Of a stretch of DNA of 64,000 nucleotides, positions 26,207 through 36,701 are shown in pieces. How positions within the stretch are numbered: position 1 is the stretch's first letter; every line of letters begins with the position of its first letter. Position numbers and translations under genes: made by a program. Origin of the DNA: Lytechinus pictus (lineage: Eukaryota). A model generated the notes under the pieces. The model was not told the DNA's origin. It worked only from the letters and a program-made list of their open reading frames with translations, and did not search any database. The stretch is from the NCBI RefSeq assembly GCF_037042905.1, contig NC_087245.1, forward strand, positions 16,680,001 to 16,744,000. Direction: 5' to 3'.

Positions 26207-27004
26207 TTACTTTCGAGCTCATGATGATCAGATGAAAGCTTTATTGATTGAATTTAACGAGTCCAGTGGTCAAGCTCAATGCAAAGGTATTTGATCAATG
26301 TCAAAAGGGCATTTCACGAAGAATCTTCACTGTGGTTTCATTAACAACCGTGTTACAAGCTATTGATATCCTTGCATCCGATTGGCTGGTTCCAACTTTG
26401 ACTATGTAAATCACTGACAACGTATGTCGTGAAAAGTTCACTGGAATTTTAAATAATACAAGCGGGTCTTTTGAATTCGGTAGACTACTCGCGTATGCTT
26501 CGAGGTTGTGAACGCGATCTTCTTCTCTCTCTTCATCTATGGATCTGCCGGTCATGTATCAAGTGTATTTTCCCAGTCAGTATTAACTCTCATACATTGC
26601 AAGTATATCAACGTTATCAGCATTTTTTTTTAGAGAGAGGGAGTGTGAAGAAGAGAGATAGAGAGAAAGTAAGGATCTGTAGAAGAAAAGTGGAGAATGG
26701 AGATTTCTCATTGCCAAATCCTCCTCGTTACTGAATTGTTGTGGTGTATTGCAAAGTAGGTATAGTTTTCGAAAATCAAATATTTGAATTTCCCAAGATT
26801 TTAAGCTTTCATTTCGATTTTCTCAAGTTCACTGTATTGCACAAATGATATGAAGTTAGTTTTCAATATTAGACGATTGCCCTTATTAAAGACCTATAGA
26901 TACAAACATGCCTATAGTATCTAATGAACAAATTAATATTTAATTTCATTATTATGTAAATGGTCAAATGGCAAACCCTTGATATCAGACATAATTACAT
27001 TTTT

Positions 27005-27600
27005 TAAGCATAACTGTATTCATGGAAAGGCCCCAGTCCGAATGTGCAATAAAGTGGAAATGGTCTTAGAAATTAAGGCACTCTTTTATACTAGACTTGC
27101 TAATACGTTGAATGTCGTTTGACCAAAGCCCACTCTCGAATGTTTTAAGAGTTGTTTTAAATATGATGGCGGCTTGGTTTGAAATAACCTTCCATCTGAT
27201 ATTCAGAATGCAAGTTCTCTTGAAGTTTTTAAGCGTATGTATAAATACCATTATTTCAAATATGTCATTTAATGACATTTCTATAAGTTAATTGACCGAC
27301 CTCTTTTTATTCTTTCTCCCTTTTCTCTCTCCCTCCTCCCTCTCCATCTATCCCCCTCTCTCTCTTCTCCCTCTCTCTCGTCTTTTTCCTTTTTTTTTGC
27401 TTTTCTCTTGTTTTTTCTTCAAGGTCAAACCATTTAATGAACTTTTATATTGTGAGCCATTATAGTCGTTACATCTTTTTTTGAAAAAATTGTGCATTGT
27501 TTATTTTTGTGTGTGTCAGAACCATGATGTAAAACAGCCTCGGCTGATCATGTTTTATCTTTATCCTGAATAAATATGTTACAATAAATACATAAATGAA
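27005..27600 (+). mobile_element. LINE (L2/Crack-like) 3' remnant: ORF2 C-terminus and 3' UTR
   Basis: Translates with stops to HNCIHGKAP...PKPTLECFKSCFKYDGGLV*NNLPSDIQNASSLEVFKRMYK, the typical WNxLPxxI..S..FK end of ORF2; AATAAA-rich tail near 27570-27600. Confidence 0.7.
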
Positions 27601-29025
27601 ATTATGAAATCAGAAAAAACAAATGGAGACCATGGTGACAATACAAAAAAAAAAGATAATTAACGTCTAATATGTATTAATAACATTAATACTTCAATAA
27701 CTCTTTTTTCATAAGTATCGTGTAATGCTTTGTTGGGACAGTATATCGCATTTGAGATCTATATAGGCATTCGTCTGTATGAAAAGATAGCAAATATATA
27801 TATACATAATCAGACAGAAAAAAAAATGTCAGTTAAGTATTATGATTATGATAAAAGGATTAATCCACTGGCGTTTATCCCGGGGGTTGGGGCACATATC
27901 CCACCACTTTTCGGAGAAGGGGGGGGGGTGACTGTACAATCATCCCTGAATTTCTTCAAGAAAGAAACGATCATTTAAATAATCAAGTGTTTGATAGTAT
28001 TGTTAATGCGTGGATTCATCTTTAACGCTAATGTAATATCTAGGCCTACGGGGGGGGGGGGGTGAGGGTCACTTGGCTGCTGATTGCGCGTTCGCTGCGA
28101 ATATTTGAACCTGCGTAGAGCCAGATATAAACAAAAAGTATCGCAGGTTTTTCTAAGAAACTTCAACGACTTTTATATGGTTGTAACTTTGATCACAAAA
28201 CAATCAATGTATCGATAAATTGGAGTGAATGGGGGGCATTCTATCATAGCACCTGTGGGGGAAGAGGTGAATAGTTTGTTCGAATACATGCTTACCCAAT
28301 ACTTCAAGTGAAATGTACAATGATTTACTGATGAAATGTTAAAATCATGGTGGTACGATCCCCATGATGACATCCATGACGTTTTAAAACATTTAGGTTA
28401 GGTTTAAAAAAAATTGTTTGCAAATTTATTTATTTATTCATTTATTTAAAATGACCTCAATTGAGCGTAATATTGTAATTTAAAACATTGATTTCTTGTT
28501 GAACACAAATTCTGCCCTAAATTAAGGCTTTTGTTTAAAAGACTCGGTCACTCAGTAGGCTCACCAGCAGTGAAGCTAGGATTTTGTCAGCAGAGGAGCA
28601 CGGGTGGGGGGGGGGGGGGGGCTTGATATTTTGCAGGGGGTACCAAAATAGATTTATTCATCAAGTATTTATTATCAAGTACATATTAGCTTTATTCTCA
28701 CAAACATGATTAGGTATATGACAATGCCTAATTAAATAATGAGAGCGCAAAGCGCAAGCAATTTTTTTTTATATACCATGAAATTTCGAGCTGAAAATTA
28801 AACAATACGTAGGTGTAATTATGAACATGATTCGTATCTAATTATCATATTGAAAACATTCAGAAATGTGTAATATTCTGACATGAAAACGGGGCATTTA
28901 ATACATATTTTTTTCAATAAGCACAATCTGATTTTTTATATTCCAATCTGTAAACTGGACAATTTAATGACGTTTTGAAATAAAGAACACTAGTAGTTAT
29001 GGGAGAGACCTCATACCAATTTTGG

Positions 29026-29430
29026 TGACCTTTGACCTTTGACCGCATGACCTTTGACCCCAACTTCCGGTCACTGTTGACCCCGTGACCCCACCTTCCG
29101 GTCAATCATGACCTTTGACCTTTGGGTACGCGGTAAACAGGAAATTGGATAATGAAGCGCGGGAAGCGATTTTAATTGGATAATGGAGCGCGGGACGCGA
29201 TTTTAATTGGATAATGACTCCGCGTGGGGACGCCATCTTAATTGGATAATGAAGCGCGGGACGCGATTTTAATTGGATAATGACTCCGCGTGGGGACGCG
29301 ATTTTAATTGGATAATGACTCCGCGTGGGGACGCCATCTTAATTGGATATGAGTCCACGTAGGGACTCGATCTACAGGAAATTTAATTAACCTCCGCGTG
29401 GGGTGATCTCCCGCGCCCTCGCCTATAAAT
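29026..29430 (+). promoter_or_regulatory. Promoter-like terminal block of the element: TGACCTT repeats, CTTCCGG motifs, seven ATTGGAT (reverse CCAAT) boxes, TATAAAT; mirrored at ~34128-34532
   Basis: ATTGGAT at 29144, 29175, 29206, 29241, 29272, 29307 and 29342; TATAAAT at 29424. Function is inferred. Confidence 0.5.
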
Positions 29431-30569
29431 GATGGGAGAAACGTCACCATGAATCGGTATTACGACACAGTTACGCAACCACGGCCGTGATGTCATATCC
29501 CAGGGAATTACCCTTTACCCGGTATTGCACCACCGTGGCGCAATCGTCACGTATAGGATACGATGCACAAAACAGACGTATGATTTCTGCACAGTTTCCT
29601 ATCGAAAAAAGGATCTTTCTCCGCCTTCCAGCGGATATGTCAACCGCCTCGCATGACGTCACCGGCTACGTAAGCACCGTGATGTCATCCCAGGGAATTC
29701 CCCTTATCCCATCGTATCGGTATTGCACCACCGTGGCCAATCGTCACGTATAGGATACGATGCACGAAACAGACGTATGATTTCTACACAGTTTCCTATT
29801 GAAAAAATTATCTTTCTTTGCCTACCAGCAGATATGTCGAACCCGATATGTCAAGCGCCTCGCGGTTCACGAATCGATCACCCCACTCACGACCAACGCC
29901 CGTCATTGAACTTGGGATATCCTATTCAAGGTGAAAGCCGGCTCTCTCTGTCTCTTATTACAACAATTATTGGTAATCCAACATGTGATTATAATCCTGA
30001 TAACAGTGGCATCTCAAGCTCTACTCATTCCAGACTTTCCCCCATCAAAACTCTCTGACTTTTCCATACTGTTTTGTACATACCTCCATACTTTTCATTT
30101 TAACTCACATGACCTGCACGGCTCTCTGACCCGCAAAAGTATACTATATTGAAACCCGTAGACGACTCCTTTCAATCAACTTCATTCATCCGCAGTACAG
30201 ATGGTGATAACATGAAACACTATACAGTCAAGGATGATTCTTTATTATTACTCTCATTTATTCTATTCCATTTCAATGTAGATAGGTTCAATTAGTGTAT
30301 AAACAGCAGATTTTGATACAAAGGTAAAAATAATGTAAGATATGTTCTCAAATTACGTTGTCACAACAAAATAATTAACTGTTCATTGTTAATATTAAAG
30401 TGAAGTTCTCGTTTTTTTCTTTTCCTTCGCTTAACTTATTGGATTGTAACACATGTCTATGGATGGCATTCAGAAAATATGAACACAATGAAGTTCAAAC
30501 TGTCATTTATGCCCGCATTTATGTTGACGGCGTTTTCTTGGATTATTCGACAAGCTGATGTTTGTGCCT

Positions 30570-31219
30570 TTAGTTGTAGGTTCCATCTTCACCCTCCGTT
30601 TCTTCTCCACCATCATCATTATCGTCATCGTCACCTTGATACGGGAATAAACCATCGAATTGTGAACCATGCCTGGCTAACACTCTCTGTACGGCTTTCC
30701 GGAATTCCATGCCATTCTCTAATCTTTCCGTGAGATCGGACACGATTTCATGATTGATGTCAGCGTCTTCGAGGTACACGTTCTGCTGCAAGAACTGAGA
30801 GTACAGATCGAAAAAGATGCGTTTGACTGCCCACATTAGTTTCACGTGAGCCTTTGCTTTAGCGTCTTCTTCTTCCATTCCTTCTGAGATGTATTTCTGA
30901 TATTTTTCGTCTCTCAAGTCCTTGGTGGCCGTCATGGCTTGCTCTAACCATCCTCGATAAGCGAGGTTGTCTTCAGTTTCTTCCATGTTTGCTGTCATTG
31001 ACGATTCGTGTCCATCGCTTTCTGATACGCTCGTTTCGGAATCACCGTTGGATTCTTCAACTCTTTGCATTTGAGAGGATGGGTCGGATTCTTCATCTTC
31101 ACTCGTTTCTTCTCCAGTATCATGCTCAATTTGTTCATGCCTCTGCATGTTATATTTCCTACTAAAAGTTTATCGCATCGTGAACAAGCGTAACGGTTGG
31201 ACATATCCAATATATTCAT
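30570..31219 (-). pseudogene. Mirror copy of the zinc-finger gene with a 1-bp deletion inside the finger
   Basis: TTT at 31169-31171 versus AAAA at 32386-32389 splits the frame into ORFs 31267-30995 and 31148-30570; also one Q/P change. Confidence 0.75.
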
Positions 31220-31311
31220 GCTGACTCGATGATTATTTGTTGGGAAATGAAGAAAATTAACGTTCAAACTTGTAATTATACGTAATCATGAAACGCGCGC
31301 GAAGGTACTTT

Positions 31312-31727
31312 GATTCTTACGGATTTTTACGCATTCTTACGGATTCTTACTCATTCTTACGGATTCGTACGGATGTTTACTCATTCTTACTCATTCTTAC
31401 GGATTTTTACGCATTCTTACGGATTCTTACTCATTCTTACGGATTCTTACGGATGTTTACTCATTCTTACTCATTCTTACTCATTCTTACGGATTTTTTA
31501 CGGATTCTTACGGATGTTTACGGATTCTTACGGATGTTTACTCATTCTTACGGATTCTTACTCATTCTTACGGATTCTTACGGATGTTTACGGATTCTTA
31601 CGGATGTTTACTCATTCTTACTCATTCTTACGGATTCTTACGGATTTTTTACGGATTCTTACGGATGTTTATGGATTCTTACGGATGTTTACGGATTCTT
31701 ACGGATTCTTACTCATTCTTACGGATT
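31312..31727 (+). repeat. 10-bp minisatellite, left arm (GGATTCTTAC / TCATTCTTAC / GGATGTTTAC variants, about 41 units)
   Basis: Directly visible tandem array. Confidence 0.95.
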
Positions 31728-31787
31728 AATCAATGCTTTCATATAATCTCAAGGAAAATATGTTCATCCACGCTAGAATGACCCATG

Positions 31788-32245
31788 GAATCCGTAAGAA
31801 TGAGTAAGAATCCGTAAGAATGAGTAAGAATCCGTAAGAATCCGTAAACATCCGTAAGAATCCGTAAGAATGAGTAAGAATCCGTAAGAATGAGTAAGAA
31901 TCCGTAAGAATCCGTAAACATCCGTAAGAATCCGTAAAAAATCCGTAAGAATGAGTAAGAATGAGTAAGAATCCGTAAAAAATCCGTAAGAATCCGTAAG
32001 AATGAGTAAGAATCCGTAAGAATGAGTAAACATCCGTAAGAATCCGTAAACATCCGTAAGAATCCGTAAAAAATCCGTAAGAATGAGTAAGAATGAGTAA
32101 GAATGAGTAAACATCCGTAAGAATCCGTAAGAATGAGTAAGAATCCGTAAGAATGAGTAAGAATGAGTAAGAATGAGTAAACATCCGTACGAATCCGTAA
32201 GAATGAGTAAGAATCCGTAAGAATGCGTAAAAATCCGTAAGAATC
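31788..32245 (-). repeat. 10-bp minisatellite, right arm (inverted, about 45 units)
   Basis: GAATCCGTAA / GAATGAGTAA / ACATCCGTAA units, the reverse complements of the left-array units. Confidence 0.95.
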
Positions 32246-32337
32246 AAAGTACCTTCGCGCGCGTTTCATGATTACGTATAATTACAAGTTTGAACGTTAA
32301 TTTTCTTCATTTCCCAACAAATAATCATCGAGTCAGC

Positions 32338-32988
32338 ATGAATATATTGGATATGTCCAACCGTTACGCTTGTTCACGATGCGATAAAACTTTTAGTAGG
32401 AAATATAACATGCAGAGGCATGAACAAATTGAGCATGATACTGGAGAAGAAACGAGTGAAGATGAAGAATCCGACCCATCCTCTCAAATGCAAAGAGTTG
32501 AAGAATCCAACGGTGATTCCGAAACGAGCGTATCAGAAAGCGATGGACACGAATCGTCAATGACAGCAAACATGGAAGAAACTGAAGACAACCTCGCTTA
32601 TCGAGGATGGTTAGAGCAAGCCATGACGGCCACCAAGGACTTGAGAGACGAAAAATATCAGAAATACATCTCAGAAGGAATGGAAGAAGAAGACGCTAAA
32701 GCAAAGGCTCACGTGAAACTAATGTGGGCAGTCAAACGCATCTTTTTCGATCTGTACTCTCAGTTCTTGCAGCAGAACGTGTACCTCGAAGACGCTGACA
32801 TCAATCATGAAATCGTGTCCGATCTCACGGAAAGATTAGAGAATGGCATGGAATTCCGGAAAGCCGTACAGAGAGTGTTAGCCAGGCATGGTTCACAATT
32901 CGATGGTTTATTCCAGTATCAAGGTGACGATGACGATAATGATGATGGTGGAGAAGAAACGGAGGGTGAAGATGGAACCTACAACTAA
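32338..32988 (+). CDS. C2H2 zinc-finger protein with acidic tracts and a helical C-terminal domain (216 aa from the first ATG), carried by the palindromic element
   Basis: YACSRCDKTFSRKYNMQRHEQIEH fits C-x2-C-x3-F-x8-H-x4-H. E/S-rich linker, globular-looking segment LAYRGWLEQAM...VQRVLARH, D/E-rich tail. Intronless open frame. Confidence 0.82.
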   Translation: MNILDMSNRYACSRCDKTFSRKYNMQRHEQIEHDTGEETSEDEESDPSSQMQRVEESNGDSETSVSESDGHESSMTANMEETEDNLAYRGWLEQAMTATKDLRDEKYQKYISEGMEEEDAKAKAHVKLMWAVKRIFFDLYSQFLQQNVYLEDADINHEIVSDLTERLENGMEFRKAVQRVLARHGSQFDGLFQYQGDDDDNDDGGEETEGEDGTYN

Positions 32989-34639
32989 AGGCACAAACAT
33001 CAGCTTGTCGAATAATCCAAGAAAACGCCGTCAACATAAATGCGGGCATAAATGACAGTTTGAACTTCATTGTGTTCATATTTTCTGAATGCCATCCATA
33101 GACATGTGTTACAATCCAATAAGTTAAGCGAAGGAAAAGAAAAAAACGAGAACTTCACTTTAATATTAACAATGAACAGTTAATTATTTTGTTGTGACAA
33201 CGTAATTTGAGAACATATCTTACATTATTTTTACCTTTGTATCAAAATCTGCTGTTTATACACTAATTGAACCTATCTACATTGAAATGGAATAGAATAA
33301 ATGATAGTAATAATAAAGAATCATCCTTGACTGTATAGTGTTTCATGTTATCACCATCTGTACTGCGGATGAATGAAGTTGATTGAAAGGAGTCGTCTAC
33401 GGGTTTCAATATAGTATACTTTTGCGGGTCAGAGAGCCGTGCAGGTCATGTGAGTTAAAATGAAAAGTATGGAGGTATGTACAAAACAGTATGGAAAAGT
33501 CAGAGAGTTTTGATGGGGGAAAGTCTGGAATGAGTAGAGCTTGAGATGCCACTGTTATCAGGATTATAATCACATGTTGGATTACCAATAATTGTTGTAA
33601 TAAGAGACAGAGAGAGCCGGCTTTCACCTTGAATAGGATATCCCAAGTTCAATGACGGGCGTTGGTCGTGAGTGGGGTGATCGATTCGTGAACCGCGAGG
33701 CACTTGACATATCGGGTTCGACATATCTGCTGGTAGGCAAAGAAAGATAATTTTTTCAATAGGAAACTGTGTAGAAATCATACGTCTGTTTCGTGCATCG
33801 TATCCTATACGTGACGATTGGCCACGGTGGTGCAATACCGATACGATGGGATAAGGGGAATTCCCTGGGATGACATCACGGTGCTTACGTAGCCGGTGAC
33901 GTCATGCGAGGCGGTTGACATATCCGCTGGAAGGCGGAGAAAGATCCTTTTTTCGATAGGAAACTGTGCAGAAATCATACGTCTGTTTTGTGCATCGTAT
34001 CCTATACGTGACGATTGCGCCACGGTGGTGCAATACCGGGTAAAGGGTAATTCCCTGGGATATGACATCACGGCCGTGGTTGCGTAACTGTGTCGTAATA
34101 CCGATTCATGGTGACGTTTCTCCCATCATTTATAGGCGAGGGCGCGGGAGATCACCCCACGCGGAGGTTAATTAAATTTCCTGTAGATCGAGTCCCTACG
34201 TGGACTCATATCCAATTAAGATGGCGTCCCCACGCGGAGTCATTATCCAATTAAAATCGCGTCCCCACGCGGAGTCATTATCCAATTAAAATCGCGTCCC
34301 GCGCTTCATTATCCAATTAAGATGGCGTCCCCACGCGGAGTCATTATCCAATTAAAATCGCGTCCCGCGCTCCATTATCCAATTAAAATCGCTTCCCGCG
34401 CTTCATTATCCAATTTCCTGTTTACCGCGTACCCAAAGGTCAAAGGTCATGATTGACCGGAAGGTGGGGTCACGGGGTCAACAGTGACCGGAAGTTGGGG
34501 TCAAAGGTCATGCGGTCAAAGGTCAAAGGTCACCAAAATTGGTATGAGGTCTCTCCCATAACTACTAACACTGTATCTATTAAAAAAAAACAGTACAAGC
34601 ACGAGCTGCTTTTTTTTTTTCAGAAAGGAAACATTCTAA

Positions 34640-34830
34640 GGCGCGATAGCTCAATCGGTAGAGAGGGAATTCCGGTGACCTGGCTTAGATTCCCACTTGG
34701 TGCGCTTGTGCCCTTTGGTAAGGCATTTAAATCCACATTGAAGAACATTCAGAGAGGACCTTAAGCCGTCGGTCCTCTGGTTGCTTGCTTACAAGCATCC
34801 ATGCTTAAATGAGGTAAAAAATCCACCACC
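34640..34830 (+). mobile_element. tRNA-derived SINE, decayed
   Basis: GGCGCGATAGCTCAATCGGTAGAG head, degenerate B-box, body GTGCCCTTTGGTAAGGCA..ATCCACA..GAGGACCTTAAGCCGTCGGTCC. Confidence 0.6.
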
Positions 34831-35673
34831 AAATCATGAACATTATCAGTTTCTAATTAAACGATTAAAGCAAGCCCGAACCGTGAGTTGAAAATTTCGA
34901 ATAAAAAAAACGGAGCATTTTAAACATTGTCTTTCATGGCAGAAAAGGATATAATTATATCTCACTAAACAAAAATGTCAGCGTGAAGCACGAGCTAAAA
35001 ATGGGAGAGACTGAGAGCTAAAAATTGGATATGGTATCACATTTGTTTAATAATTAACTTGATGCGTATTTACCTAAACAATGCATGCGAGCGCGAGGGA
35101 CAAGCAAAAAACTTTGCATTTTCTAACCTGACAATAGCATGTCTTTTAACAGATAGCAAGCTGTTTATCTCATTTGTAAAAGAAAAAATGCCAGAGTGAA
35201 GCTCAGGTTGAAAATTTATTCGGCATCTTTTTGTAATCCTAAGTAGGGTGCCTATCTCGCTAAACTAAAAAAACCCCTCTAATATAGTACAGAATATCTT
35301 TGGAACCGATTATTTTGAAAACGGGATATTTTCAGCCCCATGTAATCCTTTCGGGCACTACACATGACCTTAGTCAGCGAAGGGGGGGGGGGGTCATGGT
35401 CCTGGGAAGCGGGGGTGCTGAAGCACCCCCAAGATTTGACTGGGGGTGCTGCGTGTATTATTCTTCATTTGCAGCACCCCCTGGGATTCTAATGTAAATT
35501 AATAAATGTTACATAAAAGTGCCCCCCTTTCTCGGGACCAAAGTGACCTTCATTTTTTAGTGAAAGTTTTTTTTTTGCTTGTCAAATTTACATCAGCGCC
35601 CCCAGTTAAAATATCGTTCCCAGGGCCCTGCCCAACCCCCGTGTATTTTTGTTTCTCTTGTACTCTAATCCTA

Positions 35674-36701
35674 CAGCGCGTCCCAAAAAAATGTCCCTCT
35701 GATATGCGGCTAAATTACTTCAAAAAATAAAAATTATTCTCAATGAAATGTATGGATTTAGGAAGCTCGTATCATGTTCTAACTTCTATAAACATTTCAT
35801 TGATCTCGCTTCAGTGGTTTTGAATACACAGTCTATTATTTAACAGTGGTGCTTTTCAGCCCATTCCAAGTTTGCATGTATGCAGCACTGCTGTGTGTTC
35901 TGCACTTTCTAGCATATCAACCCCCTTTGAAAGTTTTGACCAAGGAATTCCCTGATCTGACCAGGGAAATCTCCATGATCTAACCAGGCTCGTCAAATCA
36001 CAACCTTGAGCATGTTCAGAAGGGCAAAAACAATATTTGACAGTTCATTTCACATTTGATAACAGGAGATGCACAATGATTAGGACAACAGGTCATGTCT
36101 GTTTCATGCCTAATTCATGCCTAATACTGCATTTTTGTTTTCATTATTTTTTTTTGTTAATAAGCTACTGTGGTTAAGTTAATCCAATGTAACTTTAAAA
36201 AAGTCAAATATTTCTCTGGTAAAGTTCTTTTTCGCAAAGGGTGATTAACTTGGGGATTACCCTTTATTTTTCAGCTTATTTTACTCATCTCTCATTCACA
36301 TTTTCTTTCCAAGATGTTGCACTGATCCCCCTTATCAATCATCAAACAATCTTAATTTTTATGTTTCTATCCTTCTAAACATGCCAAAGTTTATGATTTG
36401 ATGAGCCTGGATATGATAAGGGAAATGTCCCTGCTCAGATCCTTGATGTAAAAATTGGAGTTGATATGCCATACACAATGCAGAAATGCATCAATGCTGC
36501 AAACTTGGAATGGGCTAAAATGCACCACTGTTACGTAACAGAGTGTGTATTCAAAACCGCTGAAGCGTGACCAATGAAATTTTCATCGAAGTTAGATCAG
36601 GAGATGAGCTTTCCACTCATGAACATTTATTTGAGAATACTACCACATTTTAGAATTAATTCAGCCCTATGTCAGAGGGACATTTTTTTTGGGACGCGCT
36701 G
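35674..36701. mobile_element. Tc1/mariner-type non-autonomous element, TA TSD, long imperfect TIRs
   Basis: TA|CAGCGCGTCCCAAAAAAATGTCCCTCTGA ... TCAGAGGGACATTTTTTTTGGGACGCGCTG|TA; inverted similarity continues inward (CAGTGGTGC..TTCCAAGTTTGCA / TGCAAACTTGGAA..GCACCACTG). Confidence 0.85.

Larger units (their letters stand above)
28992..34566. mobile_element. Non-autonomous, almost fully palindromic Polinton/Maverick-type element (5,575 bp) with 6-bp TSD AACACT
   Basis: AACACT|AGTAGTTATGGGAGAGACC ... GGTCTCTCCCATAACTACT|AACACT. Arms 28992-31727 and 31788-34566 are reverse complements, with only about 4 differences noticed outside the minisatellite. Confidence 0.88.

Noticed and set aside
26301..26555. 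84-aa minus-strand ORF of ordinary composition
   Set aside because: No recognisable motif, partner exons or convincing splice context.
31288..32269. ORFs of 113-176 aa across the 10-bp arrays (..ILTDSYGFLR..)
   Set aside because: The repeat unit has no stop codon on that strand, so several frames are open at once; no independent coding evidence.
28992..34566. Palindrome as a pure sequencing fold-back artefact
   Set aside because: Symmetry stops exactly at transposon-like ends, a direct (not inverted) 6-bp TSD flanks it, the outer flanks are unique, and the arms differ by substitutions and array structure. Read confirmation is still advisable.
34640..34715. Possible tRNA gene (also at 17923-17975)
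   Set aside because: A/B-box-like heads without a full cloverleaf, followed by a shared SINE body.
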